64,000 bases of DNA, from positions 49,290,001 through 49,354,000 of the forward strand of contig CAIIXF020000001.1 in assembly GCA_903813345.2 (NCBI GenBank). Reading direction: 5' to 3'. This document shows positions 26,206-39,946 of this stretch, piece by piece. The notes beneath the pieces were generated by a model that worked only from the letters and a program-made list of their open reading frames with translations, was not told where the DNA came from and searched no databases. This DNA is from Owenia fusiformis. Lineage: Eukaryota. How positions within the stretch are numbered: the stretch's first letter is position 1; each line of letters opens with the position of its first letter. The translations under genes and the position numbers were made by a program.

Positions 26206-27899
26206 TCGAGAGTAAATTGGGTAAATTGCACTGAACGAACTGCTATGGACGACGTAAAGAATTTTGAAGATTTAGGATTCGAAATGTTTTAGTTTATTTT
26301 TGGATCATCGACTGAAGCAAAAGTAAGTAAACCATGCCTTTCATTTAATCAAAGCATTCAACATGTTCAAATTAGGCTGGACCTCCTGATTTAATCCCAA
26401 AATTGTATTTTGACGACGACATATTAAAATTTTCGTAAAATCCAAATCAAATGTCGAGTTTTCATTTCATTTTGATATTCAATTTCAAATTCAGTTCAAA
26501 TTCAGACGAAGTTGTTATGTCATGTATGTATCAAGTCCTTTTTGGTTCTCATTATGATTATGATTAATTGTCACTCGAGACTCTCAAGGGAACCAGGCTG
26601 CATCATCAAAGTTCTTCAAGACACAATCATAAGTAGTCCAACAACATTAGACCTAGCCTGGGCCTCGTTTCTTATCTGACATGTCTTATGGCCCCGGCTA
26701 GGTCTAACTTCCATGATGATTTTGCCCTTGATGCGATCATTTAATCGTTCAGCAGGTTTCGACATGCGGAACTAATTAAACCGTAATAAGATGGTATCGT
26801 TACAGAAATAATGTGATCAACGCATGCATACATACCTTATGAATAAATACAAATCATCACATACCCCCCTGTAACCTCATCGATGTATAATTATGAAAAT
26901 GTTGGGAGAAGGCTTTTTCTTAGTTTAGAAAACTCTGTTCTGGTTCCGGTAACATCGAAATGGCAAATCCTTTCAGGAATAAACCGCCGTTAGCAACACT
27001 GAACGAAACAAGTTCATAAAACGAAACGAACCCCGGTTATCCTATATATACGTACAAAATATTGTAATACTGTAGGAGGCTTGCGATAAACATGATTAAG
27101 TTTCCTACTTTTTTCCTGTTTTATTTTCAGAATTATGGTAAATTTCTGGCTAAAATGCTAAAGCTTTCAACATCTTTGGACAGACGCAAGCATGTGATAC
27201 TGAATAATTAGATATTTTTCTTAACATGTTTAAATATATATTGTGCCAAAGTTTTCTCTCCCAGAAAGTCAGTGATTTCCCATTGTAATAACTCAGATGC
27301 GAGTAGGTAGTTACCAGTTTCACCACCAGGTGGCTCATTCAGGTCACATAGCATGACATAGTTATGCAAATTAAAATAATGTAAAAGAAAATATTATCTG
27401 TCCAATACAAGAAAACATATTTCACTTTTTGTGACTTTATATGTTGAATCTCCCCGTAGTAGCATTTACATTTTCCAAAACAAAAATTTTTCAAAATTGA
27501 TCAACAATATTTGAAGCAATATTTCTTGATGTACTTTTACATGTACATTTCAAATACTAGATAGTATGACATCATTTTGACTGAATGTTTAATGACGATC
27601 AAGTAAGGTTTTTTAACATTAGAGTAATGAGATCGAAAAAAGCTGAAAAGTGTTGATTTGAAAAAAATCAGATTTGGAGGTATCGAGATAAATCAGGTGT
27701 GAAGTATAGGTTAAAAGTACATTTACTTGCTCCAATATCGTGATAAAACACATGTGTTTAACTTTTCTCTCATTGAGTAAATGAAATATCATTGTAGAAA
27801 AATATGTTTTATAAAATAGCATATACAAAACTTCTGTTTAATTTTATTAAGAACATCATACATTTAAGAGCTAGGAATAAAACAACCATGCTTATACAT

Positions 27900-28115
27900 C
27901 AGTGTTCTCCCCAAAAAAAATTTTCAACTGGGTGCAAGATTTCAAGTCTAAAAAAATCAGCACTCGCTACGCTCACAATATCTCAGTGTAGGTGCTTACT
28001 TCACTCATTCTTTAAATCAGAAGTTGAAGTGCAGATGCCAACTGGGTGCCAACTGGGGGGCCTTTGGTTTCAAGTAGGGGGAGCCCCCGGTAAAAGTGAC
28101 ATGGGGAGATCACTG
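27900..28115. mobile_element. Short MITE with CAGTG...CACTG ends and 5-bp TSD (hAT5-like)
   Basis: TIR CAGTGTTCTCCCC/GGGGAGATCACTG; TACAT on both flanks. Confidence 0.7.
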
Positions 28116-31100
28116 TACATGTAATCTTATCACAATACATCACCACATTGAAGTTATTAAAATGTAACAATTGTTACAAAGCATGTATGCTGAGTAAAAT
28201 ACATGATCCCAGTTATAAACAATTGAGTGTATTCCTAGGTACTTTTTTGCAAGCAGAAAACCATGAACAATTACCATAATTTAATATTTAGGCACAATTA
28301 TTCAACACAATCACAATCTAGCACAATCAATGACATCTATATTTCTTTGAGCTGAAATTACCAGTAATCAAATGCATCAATAATGTTGCTTTTTAAAGTT
28401 TTTATAAATAACAATAGAGTAAACTTGGGTGAATACACGCGCTGTTTGAATAAAGCAAAGATTCGTATCATACTGGATGGTTATAATAAATATCAATATT
28501 GAAGAACAATTTCGTTTCGCTGACCAAGTTTACTTTGGCGACGCACAGACAGACATTGCCGGTTGAAATATTCGTCTCATAAATTGGTTAGAATAAGACT
28601 CATTTTACGATTAAAAATGAACATTTAACACAATAATATTATGTGAAATCGCCTGATGAAATGTGGTTTTATATTATTGTTAAGTATCAGTGTCATATTA
28701 GCGAGGAAAAGTGGTTTCGATAGATCCACAACTTGCATCAAAGGAAAGAATAGCATGGAGGTTAAACTCAATAATGGCCCCAAGGAAATTCCTAATAATA
28801 AAGAACGCCGTTATTGAGTTTAACGCTTTGACGCTGAACTAAATCATAAGTAGTTATGGAGTGGGGGTGATTTGAAAAATCAATTCATGGGGGTACACTT
28901 AGTGTTTAGTTTACTGTGTGAACATTAAAGTTACAAAACTTCAAATTCATTTTTGAAAATGATTTTCGCCTTCTGTGCTATTTTGATTTTGGAGAGCTTT
29001 TTTGAACATAAAGAACAATATCAATTTTTAATAGTTTTTCTCTGCAGGTTATGCAAATAAGAATTAAGTCATAAAGAGGCCTGAACTCGTAATCCAATAG
29101 GGGAGTTAGGGCTTCCAAACCTTTGGAGGGATTGTATCATGGGCATGATTGTATGTATAAATACAAAAATGCTTTTATGTGAAGAACTCTAATGATAACC
29201 CTATTTGAGAATATCATAAAAATGAAAATGCCTGGTCACCAAATCCTGGCTACACCATTGACATGAGGGTCCCATTCATGAGATACGCAATGATTTTGAG
29301 AATGTGCAGATTACTGACATAGACAAAGAAAATTGTTGGTCTGGGATATAGCTCAAGATTTACTTCGGTCCAAAGCCTTCTCTATATTCCGGCTTTGAGG
29401 AGGAAGATTGAGCTGCCTTAGTATTATAAATATTGTAAATCATTGTGTCACACGCACAGTAAATATGGCATAATAATATGAAATATACCTTTATGTATAG
29501 ATTTGAAGAACATCAGCTCACATCCCGTCTGAATCTATTGTTATATTTGATTTTTTTAAGCGAGAATAATTTCAAAGTTTCCTCCATTTTATTCACGTCC
29601 AGAACCGGAAGCCATTTTTAGCTACAGCGAGAAAATTCCACCATGTGTCAAACTCCGAAATGAAATTTTGAAATATCTAAATCCAGACAAGCAAAGCTTC
29701 ATCCTAAATATGATTAATATTCTTAGAAATATTTATAAAATTTATTAAAAATGAATTCTAGGTGCGTGTAGGTGCGTGTAGCACAGTACATACGAAATCA
29801 ATGAAGTTACGTCTAGCTGTAAGCTAGAGACTCGAGTAACTCAAGATCAATTGCTGTTAGAGGGAAGTTCTCTCATATACTTTACACATACATAATATGG
29901 TTAAAGGATGATAACTGCTGACTGTGGTACATAGCAGCCCTGCTGTGGATCTTCCAAGAGGGATACGTCTACATCATCGGCTTTCAAAAGTTCATGGTCT
30001 TTATCTAAAAAAAAGGTTGCACTTGGCTTGCTCCTTCACTTGGTTCTCTGACTCTTTCACCAAGCACATTCTTCTTTCCTCCAAGTCTCCTGACCGCAGC
30101 ATCCTCAGCATCATGTGCGGAATATCTTGGGAAAAGTACTTTAACAAGTTAAGTTAAACCCAATTCTGGCTTAATATATTAATCTGAAGTTTCTTTGGGT
30201 TGGATTGCTATTCCTGCCAAGTAATTAAATTTCAGATAATAAATAAGGCTCAGACTAGGTTCAACTTGCTGAACTAGGGGAAAAGTTATCAAAATCTAGC
30301 TCAAAAAGGGGGGCGCACCCAACGCACACTAAAAATGTGATTTTACTTGAAATTTATTTCTTCAAATGTTGTGTTAAACTGAGGTGAAACTGCTTGAAAA
30401 TATATTGATTGCCACTCTGATATATTTGACCAAAAGTAAAACACTCATATGATTATTAAATTATTTTTATTTGAACTACTGGTCATAAATTACAAACCAG
30501 CAGATTCCCACCTACAGTTGTAGATGAAAAATAGTTAAGTCATGCAAAATATGCACTTTCACTGTTAATAAGTGTTTTTATTATTTTCTATATCTAAGTA
30601 CACTGTAGCATGTTTTAATGATTTATATGCTTAAAAGGGCCATCTAACGTCAATTTTACCATCATGAAATCAAACATTTAATTCTAAACATCGCCATAAT
30701 ACAGTAGTATTGAGCCATGGAGTTGAAGTTTAAAGGAACATTCCTTGCCAGACTATTTCTCTCCTGATATGATAGCTACAATCATATATACACTTTACAT
30801 ATTTAGCAAAATACGGGAAATTTTTTTGATATGGTCAATATTGATCATTTAAAAATGTAGTACTCATTCCCAGTAAGCTGCCATCTTTTCAGATTTCTTT
30901 CAGGAAGTGATGTCATCGACTCTCACCTGTTATAACCTTGTCTATTACAGTATAGGAAAGAAGTACAAAATCACTTCTAAACAAGAAGCCCTTATCTTCT
31001 TTGTAAAAATATTTTCAGGAGTTGCCAACTTAGAACTAAAGAAGAGATCATCAAAAGGATTTTAATCATAGACCAAATTGAAAAAAATATTCAGCTGGTT

Positions 31101-31642
31101 TAGTAATTCTAATAGCTCCTTACCTAATGTTATATGCAAAGTTGAGAGTCGATGACATCACTTCCTGAGTGAAATTTTAAAAGATGGCAGCCTACTGGAA
31201 TTGAGCACTACATTTTTAAGTGATCAATATTGACCATTTCAAAAAAAATTCTGTTTTTTGATAAACTTGAAAAGTATGTAAGTTCAGTAAGTAAAACTAA
31301 TTTTGCTCTCAAACTTTTATTTTTTGTCATTTATCTTTCAAATTTTCAGTGAAGAAGCATTTGACATTCTTCTAACTACCCTGAAAAATTAAATAAGATA
31401 TGATGAATAATAGCAAAACAATGGTTGTCATAGTAACATGAATACGGGTTCTGCGGAGCAATTTCTTACTTTAATAATGTTATAATGCAATGAAATTGAT
31501 TAAGATTAATGCTGCATATGTCTTTGTTTGCTATGGCTGAAAGTCACGACAAACATAACAACAACATACACAAATATGATACCATGGCAACAGTAGTCTA
31601 TGACATCACAGACAGATGATACAACAGATGGAATGATCCAGA

Positions 31643-32068
31643 ATGATCCATCAGACACTGCTCCATGACATCATCAAAATCATGGCTGCCAGGATTGCCA
31701 ATGGAAGCAAAATGAACAATGAAATGAAACAACAATTGAGAAGTAGCATCAGATACAATGTGTTGCTAGGGAAATCCAAGCAGGATACCATTAGGGATAT
31801 CCAAAAAGGATATGGGGACAGTGTGCCTAAGTACACAATCTACAAATGGTATCAGAAATTCCAAAAGGCGAGAAAAACAACAAGTGACGAGCCAAGGTCA
31901 GGGAGGCCAAAACTTCTAACCAAAGAGGCTAACATGAATCATTTGAGGCAATCGTTAGATGAAGACCGCAGTATAACTGTAAGGGAACTCTCAGAACTAA
32001 CCAATATCAGCCTAGGATGGGTACATTATCTGATTCACAACTACTTTGAACATGAAATAGAATGCTAA
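31643..32068 (+). pseudogene. Truncated mariner transposase (paired HTH DNA-binding region only), copy 1
   Basis: QLRSSIRY...GKS...YG....IYKWYQKF...DEPRSGRP...DRSITVRELS; stops before the catalytic DD34D domain. Confidence 0.85.
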
Positions 32069-32606
32069 CTTGAAAGTAGAATGTGAAGTAGCCACAGAAC
32101 TATGGTTGAAACATAGACAGGACAGAAACTAACGTTAACAAAATCTACTATGCTGTGAACTTATAAAATTGCTCCGCAGAACCCGTATTCGCGTTACTAT
32201 GACAACCACCATTTTGCTGTTATTCATTATATCTTGATCATTTTGTCAGGATAGTTAGAAAAGTGTCTGATGTCAAACTTTTATTTTTTGTCATTTATCT
32301 TTCAAATTTTCAGTGAAGAAGCATTTGACATTCTTCTAACTACCCTGAAAAATTAAATAAGATATGATGAATAATAGCAAAACAATGGTTGTCATAGTAA
32401 CATGAATACGGGTTCTGCGGAGCAATTTCTTACTTTAATAATGTTATAATGCAATGAAATTGATTAAGATTAATGCTGCATATGTCTTTGTTTGCTATGG
32501 CTGAAAGTCACGACAAACATAACAACAACATACACAAATATGATACCATGGCAACAGTAGTCTATGACATCACAGACAGATGATACAACAGATGGAATGA
32601 TCCAGA

Positions 32607-33032
32607 ATGATCCATCAGACACTGCTCCATGACATCATCAAAATCATGGCTGCCAGGATTGCCAATGGAAGCAAAATGAACAATGAAATGAAACAACAAT
32701 TGAGAAGTAGCATCAGATACAATGTGTTGCTAGGGAAATCCAAGCAGGATACCATTAGGGATATCCAAAAAGGATATGGGGACAGTGTGCCTAAGTACAC
32801 AATCTACAAATGGTATCAGAAATTCCAAAAGGCGAGAAAAACAACAAGTGACGAGCCAAGGTCAGGGAGGCCAAAACTTCTAACCAAAGAGGCTAACATG
32901 AATCATTTGAGGCAATCGTTAGATGAAGACCGCAGTATAACTGTAAGGGAACTCTCAGAACTAACCAATATCAGCCTAGGATGGGTACATTATCTGATTC
33001 ACAACTACTTTGAACATGAAATAGAATGCTAA
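32607..33032 (+). pseudogene. Truncated mariner transposase, identical copy 2
   Basis: Same 141-aa translation as 31643-32068. Confidence 0.85.
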
Positions 33033-34015
33033 CTTGAAAGTAGAATGTGAAGTAGCCACAGAACTATGGTTGAAACATAGACAGGACAGAAACTAACGTT
33101 AACAAAATCTACTATGCTGTGAACTTATAAAATTGCTCCGCAGAACCCGTATTCGCGTTACTATGACAACCACCATTTTGCTGTTATTCATTATATCTTG
33201 ATCATTTTGTCAGGATAGTTAGAAAAGTGTCTGATGCTTCTCCACTGAAAATTTGAAAGATGATAGACAAGAAATAAAAGTTTGAGAGCAAAATTAGCTT
33301 TACTTACTGAACGCCCTGTATATGGTTATAGCTACCATATTAGGAGAGAGATGGTCTGGCAAGGAATACCCCTTTAACTGTTTCACATCCATCCACAGTA
33401 GGCCTACAAGTATTTGGCTAAACTCTCAATACTGTATTTTGCTGAGTAACATTGAACGGCTGTTAATCTACCACTTATTGCAAGCACAAATGAAAACATC
33501 AATAACTATTCAATTATTATTCAAATATGATTAAATAAATAGTGTGATAGCTTAGTAAGTTGTTTCATCAACATTTTCTAACAAACTTGAAATACACTAT
33601 TTCTAAGATGTTGAATAATTGTTGTTATTTGATATTAGTAATTATACACTGTATATGCAGTCAATTATAATTCAAAGATGTTATAGTTCCCCACACACGT
33701 TTTTTGATAAAATGATTTGGCAATGCTACTGCTATCAACCCCAGCCATAGGGAAATTTGGTATTTGGCTCACATGTTAACCTTAAGGAATTGCTCACTTG
33801 CCCACTTCCATTTGTCTGTCAACAAATTTCAGCTATTTACAAAATTGAAACTGTCATTTACATTTATTTATTGGGGTCTCTGCACTGGTATTTTACACCA
33901 CTGGTCCCATGTTGTACTTTTGCCTCATCAAAGAGGAGGAGAACGCAATAGTTTACAATTGAACTTATAATAGTTCCCATGTACCAACTAAATTTGTCAC
34001 AAAATTTCCACCAAA

Positions 34016-34505
34016 GGTAAAGTCAGATACCGTTGTCACAAATGACGGACATAACCATCGCTTCAATTAGATTTTCATGGACTGCATGTTTAATATAGCA
34101 CCTAGACTAAATTCCTTTGGAACAACAATCAATCAAAGTATCTTAATACTCATTGTACATGTATAGTTAATAATGTTCTACCATCGAAATAAAGTCTTTA
34201 ATTTAACTGATCAAAATGAGATACGGGGCAATGGACACTGTAATTACCATATGCTGTTGTCTTTCTAAATTACATGTACTCAAATTCAGATTTTGTTGTC
34301 ATTGGCGATATCGAAGACGCTATATTGTGGCGATTCACGACCCAATTTGATCGAAAATTGGATTTCATATGATACATTATCACAAGAGCTTAATGCATGA
34401 ACAGAATTAGTGACGATAAAATCCCATGAAATGAGGACCAAGTGATTAAACAGTTGAAGCGACGGTTATGTCCACCATTTTTTGACAACGGTATCTGACT
34501 TTACC
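34016..34505. mobile_element. MITE with ~55-bp or longer TIRs
   Basis: GGTAAAGTCAGATACCGTTGTCA ... TGACAACGGTATCTGACTTTACC; no clear TSD. Confidence 0.7.
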
Positions 34506-35274
34506 GTTGTCAGGCTATTCCGGTGTGACCATGTAGTTTCTGAATAACACATGTCAATACATCTTTCTTCATTTTGATGTTTAATAATGAGCTATAATAT
34601 TTGTAAATATGCCAGTAAATAGGACCAATCATTTAAAAAGGATTCATCTATCTTTATATGAAGATAGGTTAATCTTTGAATTTCGGAGTCCCCTCCTTGC
34701 CTAATAAGATCTTGGTCATCAGAAAATAGACCCATACCTACCAAAAACACATTATTCTATGATCCTATTCATTTAATTCCAAGATGTTACACATAGGTCA
34801 AATTATGGTAATTTAGTTATCCTCATAGTGATGTAACATACACATGTACTGTGAAATGTGAAATAACAAAATTCAATTTCAATATAATTGTGTTTTGGTT
34901 TTTGGCCATCCCTGTAAATGTGTGTCACCTTTGTTCTGATCACATACTGTAGTATTTCAAGAAATGTTCAATACAAAACTTGTTTGAAAGAAAATTTGAC
35001 AGATGAAAGGAAAAATGATTTTAGCATGCAATTGTACAGGAACAGTGTCAGAATGTTCTTAACATGCATGTTCCTAGTAGCATTGTCAATTAAAGTAGAA
35101 CTTGTATTTTATTACCAATTGAAGTTAAGATAAAATACAACCTTTTCAAACAAATAATGTCTCAGAAAAAATATATTCAAGTTAGTTTAAAGGTTGCTAT
35201 GACCAATTTATCGGCATTCTAATATTACAAATTACTTTAACTGATGTGCACCTGTTATGATTATCTTGCAGGAT

Positions 35275-35436
35275 ATGTTGCAGTGTCTCTTGCTTCTGTG
35301 CCTAGTAACTACTAGGGCCTTGTGTGAGGATGAGCCCAACCTGGGAGGAGGAAAGGGGCGCGAGGGCTGGATTGACCCAGGGGATATGCTTCTTGACTTA
35401 GATTCCATCCCAGGAAGTAGTCATAAACCAAATAAG
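35275..35436 (+). CDS. CLCC1: Chloride channel CLIC-like protein 1 (MCLC), coding exon 1
   Basis: Signal peptide MLQCLLLLCLVTTRALC; WIDPGDML motif; acceptor ends 35271, donor AAG|GTAGTT. Confidence 0.85.
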
Positions 35437-35665
35437 GTAGTTATGGTGTTTGATATTTGGACTTAACTACTGAATGCCCATTTGAGAAAATTAGCATGTT
35501 TTTTTAAGTTAAATGAGTGTTTTCTGAGTTAAATATATTACAAAAAAACATAAAATGCATTAATTTGAGTCATTTTTTTATATTTTGGGGTATTTTAGGG
35601 TTAAAGTTGAAGGGATGGCATATTTTATAGTATAATTAAAAAATGAATGTTATTTTGTTTTATAG

Positions 35666-35911
35666 TACGTAGAGTCTGAAAAGGAAATAGTCCCAGAAGA
35701 AATGAGTGATATTGTTCAAAATTGTATGAAATACAAGGACCAACTTCAACCAGTCCTATGTGATAAGATATGCAAAGATGCCAATGGAGACGTGCTGTCG
35801 TCAGCTTCAGATGGATCAGGGTGTCCCGAGTGTACTGAGTGTAATAAGGGAACTTGTGACATGTTCTTCAAACAGTACATCAACAGGCTTCTTCTTCATT
35901 TTAACACAAAG
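35666..35911 (+). CDS. CLCC1: CLCC1 coding exon 2
   Basis: TATAG acceptor, 246 nt, FFKQYINRLL motif, GT donor. Confidence 0.85.
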
Positions 35912-36527
35912 GTTTGTTATAAAGATTATACTGTTCAAATCTCAGTGTTAGATTTCATTAGTCACTATGATATAATCTACAAAATACTAGGCCTATAACA
36001 TTTCTAATTAAGATTTTTAAGATATCTATTATAGTTATAGGGTTGTATTTTATACTTCAGGCACCATCTATTTTTATTTAATGGGAAGGTATATGTTTTG
36101 TCCATAGTTTTCAGGTTTATCTTGCCAATTTTACAAAATTAAGGATTAACGCCTAGGGCTGAATTGTCTATAAATCTAGCCAAGAATTCATACTTTTTAA
36201 ACCCCACATTGTTGAGATATATAGCTTTCACATCAACAGTGAGAGCCATCTGTTCAAACATTTTCAAAGCTAATTTGTTGGCCAGGTTAATGTTAACCTC
36301 ACAGCCTGACATGGAAAGACTAGTTCATGTACTAAGATTGCTAGTATCGCCCCATGAAGCAATTCTGATTTAAGAGTGTTTTTGAATGAATTTTTTTTTT
36401 GTCCAGTATATCAAGTGTGCAGTTGCAGAAGGAAAAAACACTCATGGTGAAGATGGTGAGATTCACGAAAGTTTTTTTTTTTTTTTTTTTTCGCGAAAGT
36501 TTGATTTTTCATGCATTTATATTTCAG

Positions 36528-36755
36528 TTGCAAGAGGGTGATTCCACTGTTTATGACATGACAGTTAAATTGACATCATCTGATATGGCTGCCCTCACCA
36601 AGTATGCCAAATCTGACCAGGGAAATGTTCAGGATGCAAACTCAGCCCTAGGTCAGATGATTGTGAAGGTAACACAAAGAGAAAGCTCTGTTCTAGAGCC
36701 TGAAACCTGGTCCTTTGAGGAAACTTTTGGACTACAGTTTCAAACAGTTTTACAG
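36528..36755 (+). CDS. CLCC1: CLCC1 coding exon 3
   Basis: TTTCAG acceptor, 228 nt, WSFEETFGL motif, CAG|GTATGT donor. Confidence 0.85.
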
Positions 36756-37103
36756 GTATGTAGGGGTGAATGCATTTCTTAGTCTTGCTTCAAGACTCTA
36801 AACCCCCTTCCTTATCTACTTCATCAACACACTGTGGGAGGTGTGTAGTTGAGGGGGGGGGGCTCACAAGGTTTGTAGCTAGACTACAGTTTCTTCTAGT
36901 TAAGTCAAACATTAAATCATGTTTCTATGGTCAATGAAGCAATGTATTTTCAGAGTGCAATCCCTAATCCTAGGAAATCTCTGACTGCGATTGAAATCTC
37001 AGAAGAATGGCTTTTTGGAATCTATTGTTCCTGATGTTCTGTTCAAAGTGTGATAGAATTCACTCTGTGTCTTGATTAACATATTTTTGTTTCATTTTTG
37101 CAG

Positions 37104-37250
37104 GTGTTATGTGCTGTCACATTGGCTTTAGTCTGTGTTTACCTGTCAGTGAAGATACACTTGCAGATAACCATGCTTCAGCTCTTTGGCAAGCTGGTTG
37201 CTCTGTTATTCTTTATCAGCATTCCTTGGAATTGGGTCCACTTGTACAAG
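37104..37250 (+). CDS. CLCC1: CLCC1 coding exon 4 (TM segments)
   Basis: 147 nt; ISIPWNWVHLYK family motif; canonical splice sites. Confidence 0.9.
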
Positions 37251-37744
37251 GTAACATTGATTTCTTGCTCTTTATTGTGGATGTAGACATTCAAAGTGTT
37301 TTCCCATTGTTTTATATTAGCATTTTTCACATTTTTTCACATTATGAATAGTGCTCATTGAACTGTAAACTTAATGATATTCAAAACTGTGAAGGTAAAC
37401 ATTAAAATACTACAGAACTCTGAATACCTTCATAAAAGCTCCCAAGCCAAATCGGGATTGAGAAGCTATGCTCCACAGAAGGGGCAGGGTCAGTCAAAAT
37501 ATCAGTGTTTTTGTATAAGAAACTAATTTGACACAGCTTAAACCCCACTTCCCCCTCTATTTGTTTTACCATTACAAAACACTGAAATACCATCATCAAC
37601 CAGTCAATGTTAAATGTTATTATACAATGAGATTTTTAGCCCTCCCTTTAATACATAATTATAATCACAAAAATGAGACACCACACCTAGCCCCTAATAC
37701 TATTTCAGAATTGTACTGTACAAGTATGACATTCATTTTCTCAG

Positions 37745-37933
37745 ATGGCAGTTGCTAAAAAGATGGCTGAAGCAGTGAAGAATATACCAGCTGAATGTAG
37801 ACCATCTGATATGTCATGGCACCATTCCTTGGGGAGCTGGTTCAAGGACTTGTTCACATTCCAGGAGGATGAATGTGTGCAGTACCACGAGGCACTACTT
37901 GTTAACCCAATACTTGAGGTGGCCCCAACTCAG
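37745..37933 (+). CDS. CLCC1: CLCC1 coding exon 5
   Basis: 189 nt; DECVQYHEALLVNPILEVAPT motif. Confidence 0.9.
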
Positions 37934-38164
37934 GTACTATAATAGTCCAAGTACTATTTTGTGCATTGAATTTTCATGATTTAATTTTTTTATAAAAGAT
38001 TCACCAAGTGATTTAGTTTTGTGATTTATGTTCATGTTTATGATAACCTCTACGATATGATTTATATTGACCATAAAAATGTTACATGTAATTTAGGGGA
38101 GGGTTAGAGCATAAAATTTTCCCAATAAAACACAATTTGTCTACAGTATATATTTTTATTTCAG

Positions 38165-38446
38165 GCAATTGCAGTTACCTTTACAAAATTTCTTCTTGAG
38201 CCAGTCAAATACATCGGGGAATCTGTTGGTGATTTCTTCAAACATCTTCTTAAAGACATGCCTGTACAGCTGGCCCCATTCGTCCTTGCCTTTGTTGTGA
38301 TCACTCTCATTCTCATGATCATCATGACGTTTGGGTATAGGATCCGCTTGCCATTTTTCTTCAGTCTTGAGCGAGACAGTCCAAAGGTTGATAGTGGGTC
38401 AGACACAAAGGAGTTGAAACAAATGGCTGAGAAGCAAAATGTTCAG
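38165..38446 (+). CDS. CLCC1: CLCC1 coding exon 6
   Basis: 282 nt; AIAVTFTKFLLEPVKYIG plus a further TM segment. Confidence 0.9.
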
Positions 38447-39112
38447 GTACACTGTTTATTAAAATTAAAATGTGTAGTACATGGTGCACATACCAAAAAT
38501 GTGTCACTATGCCAAAACCTAATCCTAAGGACAGTCATCTAGATGCATTCAGGGTTATGTTCACATAGAGAATTTTAGCTTTATGGTTTTTGCAGTCTTA
38601 AGATTTTTGCTGTATCCAGTCATTTCTTTACAAAAGTTATATAATCAAGGTGCAATATGAACTTGGCTATGATTTAAGCAGTTTTGGGTTCTTTATTTAA
38701 TGATTATTTCATTCTTGAGCAGTTTGTATTGTTTTTCTGTTTCATAGGTCAGTACTTAGCATTAGGTTAATAGGTATAGGTATGTACTGTGATGTATGCT
38801 GTATAGAAGCTATTTGCATTACATAATTCCTATGTGCATTATAGAGAATCAATGTGCTTTATATAGATTCTATTTGCATTATATAGAGTCTGCATACTGT
38901 TGTGAATATGTGAATTGGTTAGCGACTTAGTGTATTCCATTAATAGCCTCTCCCACCTATTGGCATTATAGAAAGGCTGTGCAGTGTATGCATTGTAAAT
39001 GAAAATAGGTTTGTCGGCAGCTTACTATTCCCGGTACCCTTCTGTATTAGTTACAGGAATATACACAACCTGTATGGCCTATTCATTTGAATTTGAATTT
39101 ACTTAGAATGTA

Positions 39113-39420
39113 CAGGGTGGGCCAAAAAACCAATACCCAAGTTTAAAGATGAATGATTCATATGATATATGTTAAACCATGAAATGTATTATATATCATT
39201 TTAAAAATAAATCATTTCCTAACAAAATGACACCATCCAATTAAAAAACCTTTGTTTTCTTGTGGGGTTAGAGACTAGAATTGACACCAGGGGTGCCGTG
39301 GTGCAGATGGTGTCACATCGTTAGGAAATGATTTATTTTTAAAATGATACATGGCATGGTTTAACGTTATATCATGATATTCATCCTTAAACTTGGGTAT
39401 TGTTTTTTTTGCACACCCTG
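39113..39420. mobile_element. Tc1/mariner-type MITE in CLCC1 intron 6
   Basis: TA|CAGGGTG...CACCCTG|TA with ~120-bp imperfect TIRs. Confidence 0.8.
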
Positions 39421-39946
39421 TATAAATTAAGGAAATACCAAAAATTGCTTCCATATTTTTTGGCATATTTACTCATATTTTGTTTTTCTAAATCAAGAGT
39501 CACCACATATACATTTAGCTTCGACTTGTGGCTTTTAAAAAATATTGCTGAATTTATGCTTTCAGCTTTCTAGAAATTGTCCCAACATGCATGCCTTAAT
39601 AAGCATTTATTACTTTCAAGTGGACAGATGTCATTGTTATATATGTACATGGACACAAACATGATTTACTTAGATAACCTCTCAGTCATCACTGTTAGTA
39701 AAAACAAATGAGTCTTTGTCGAAAGAGGAAACAGATGAGCTATTTTGAATTGTATTGCTTAAGTAGTGTTTATCGTGTATGATTTTACAAAAACCTAAAT
39801 GATTTTAAATCAGAAAAATGCTGAAATGTGATCTTTAAACTGTGAAGAAGCTATTTGTTTGAGTTGTTGCACTGCTAATCACATAAAGTGCTAGGCTGAA
39901 ATTATTATACAGTGAAAGATTTTACATTAATTTTTTTCTTTTTCAG

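Larger units (their letters stand above)
31281..33318 (+). mobile_element. Non-autonomous mariner-like element with ~190-bp TIRs and an internal 964-bp tandem duplication
   Basis: Right end ...TACTTACTGAACGCCCTG|TA; left end TA|AGTTCAGTAAGTA; 31309-32272 repeated at 32273-33236. Confidence 0.85.
30734..33373. mobile_element. Kolobok-like long-TIR MITE interrupted by a mariner element
   Basis: TTAA|AGGAACATTCCTTGCCAGAC ... GTCTGGCAAGGAATACCCCT|TTAA; left arm 30734-30925 mirrors 31143-31280 plus 33321-33373. Confidence 0.75.
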
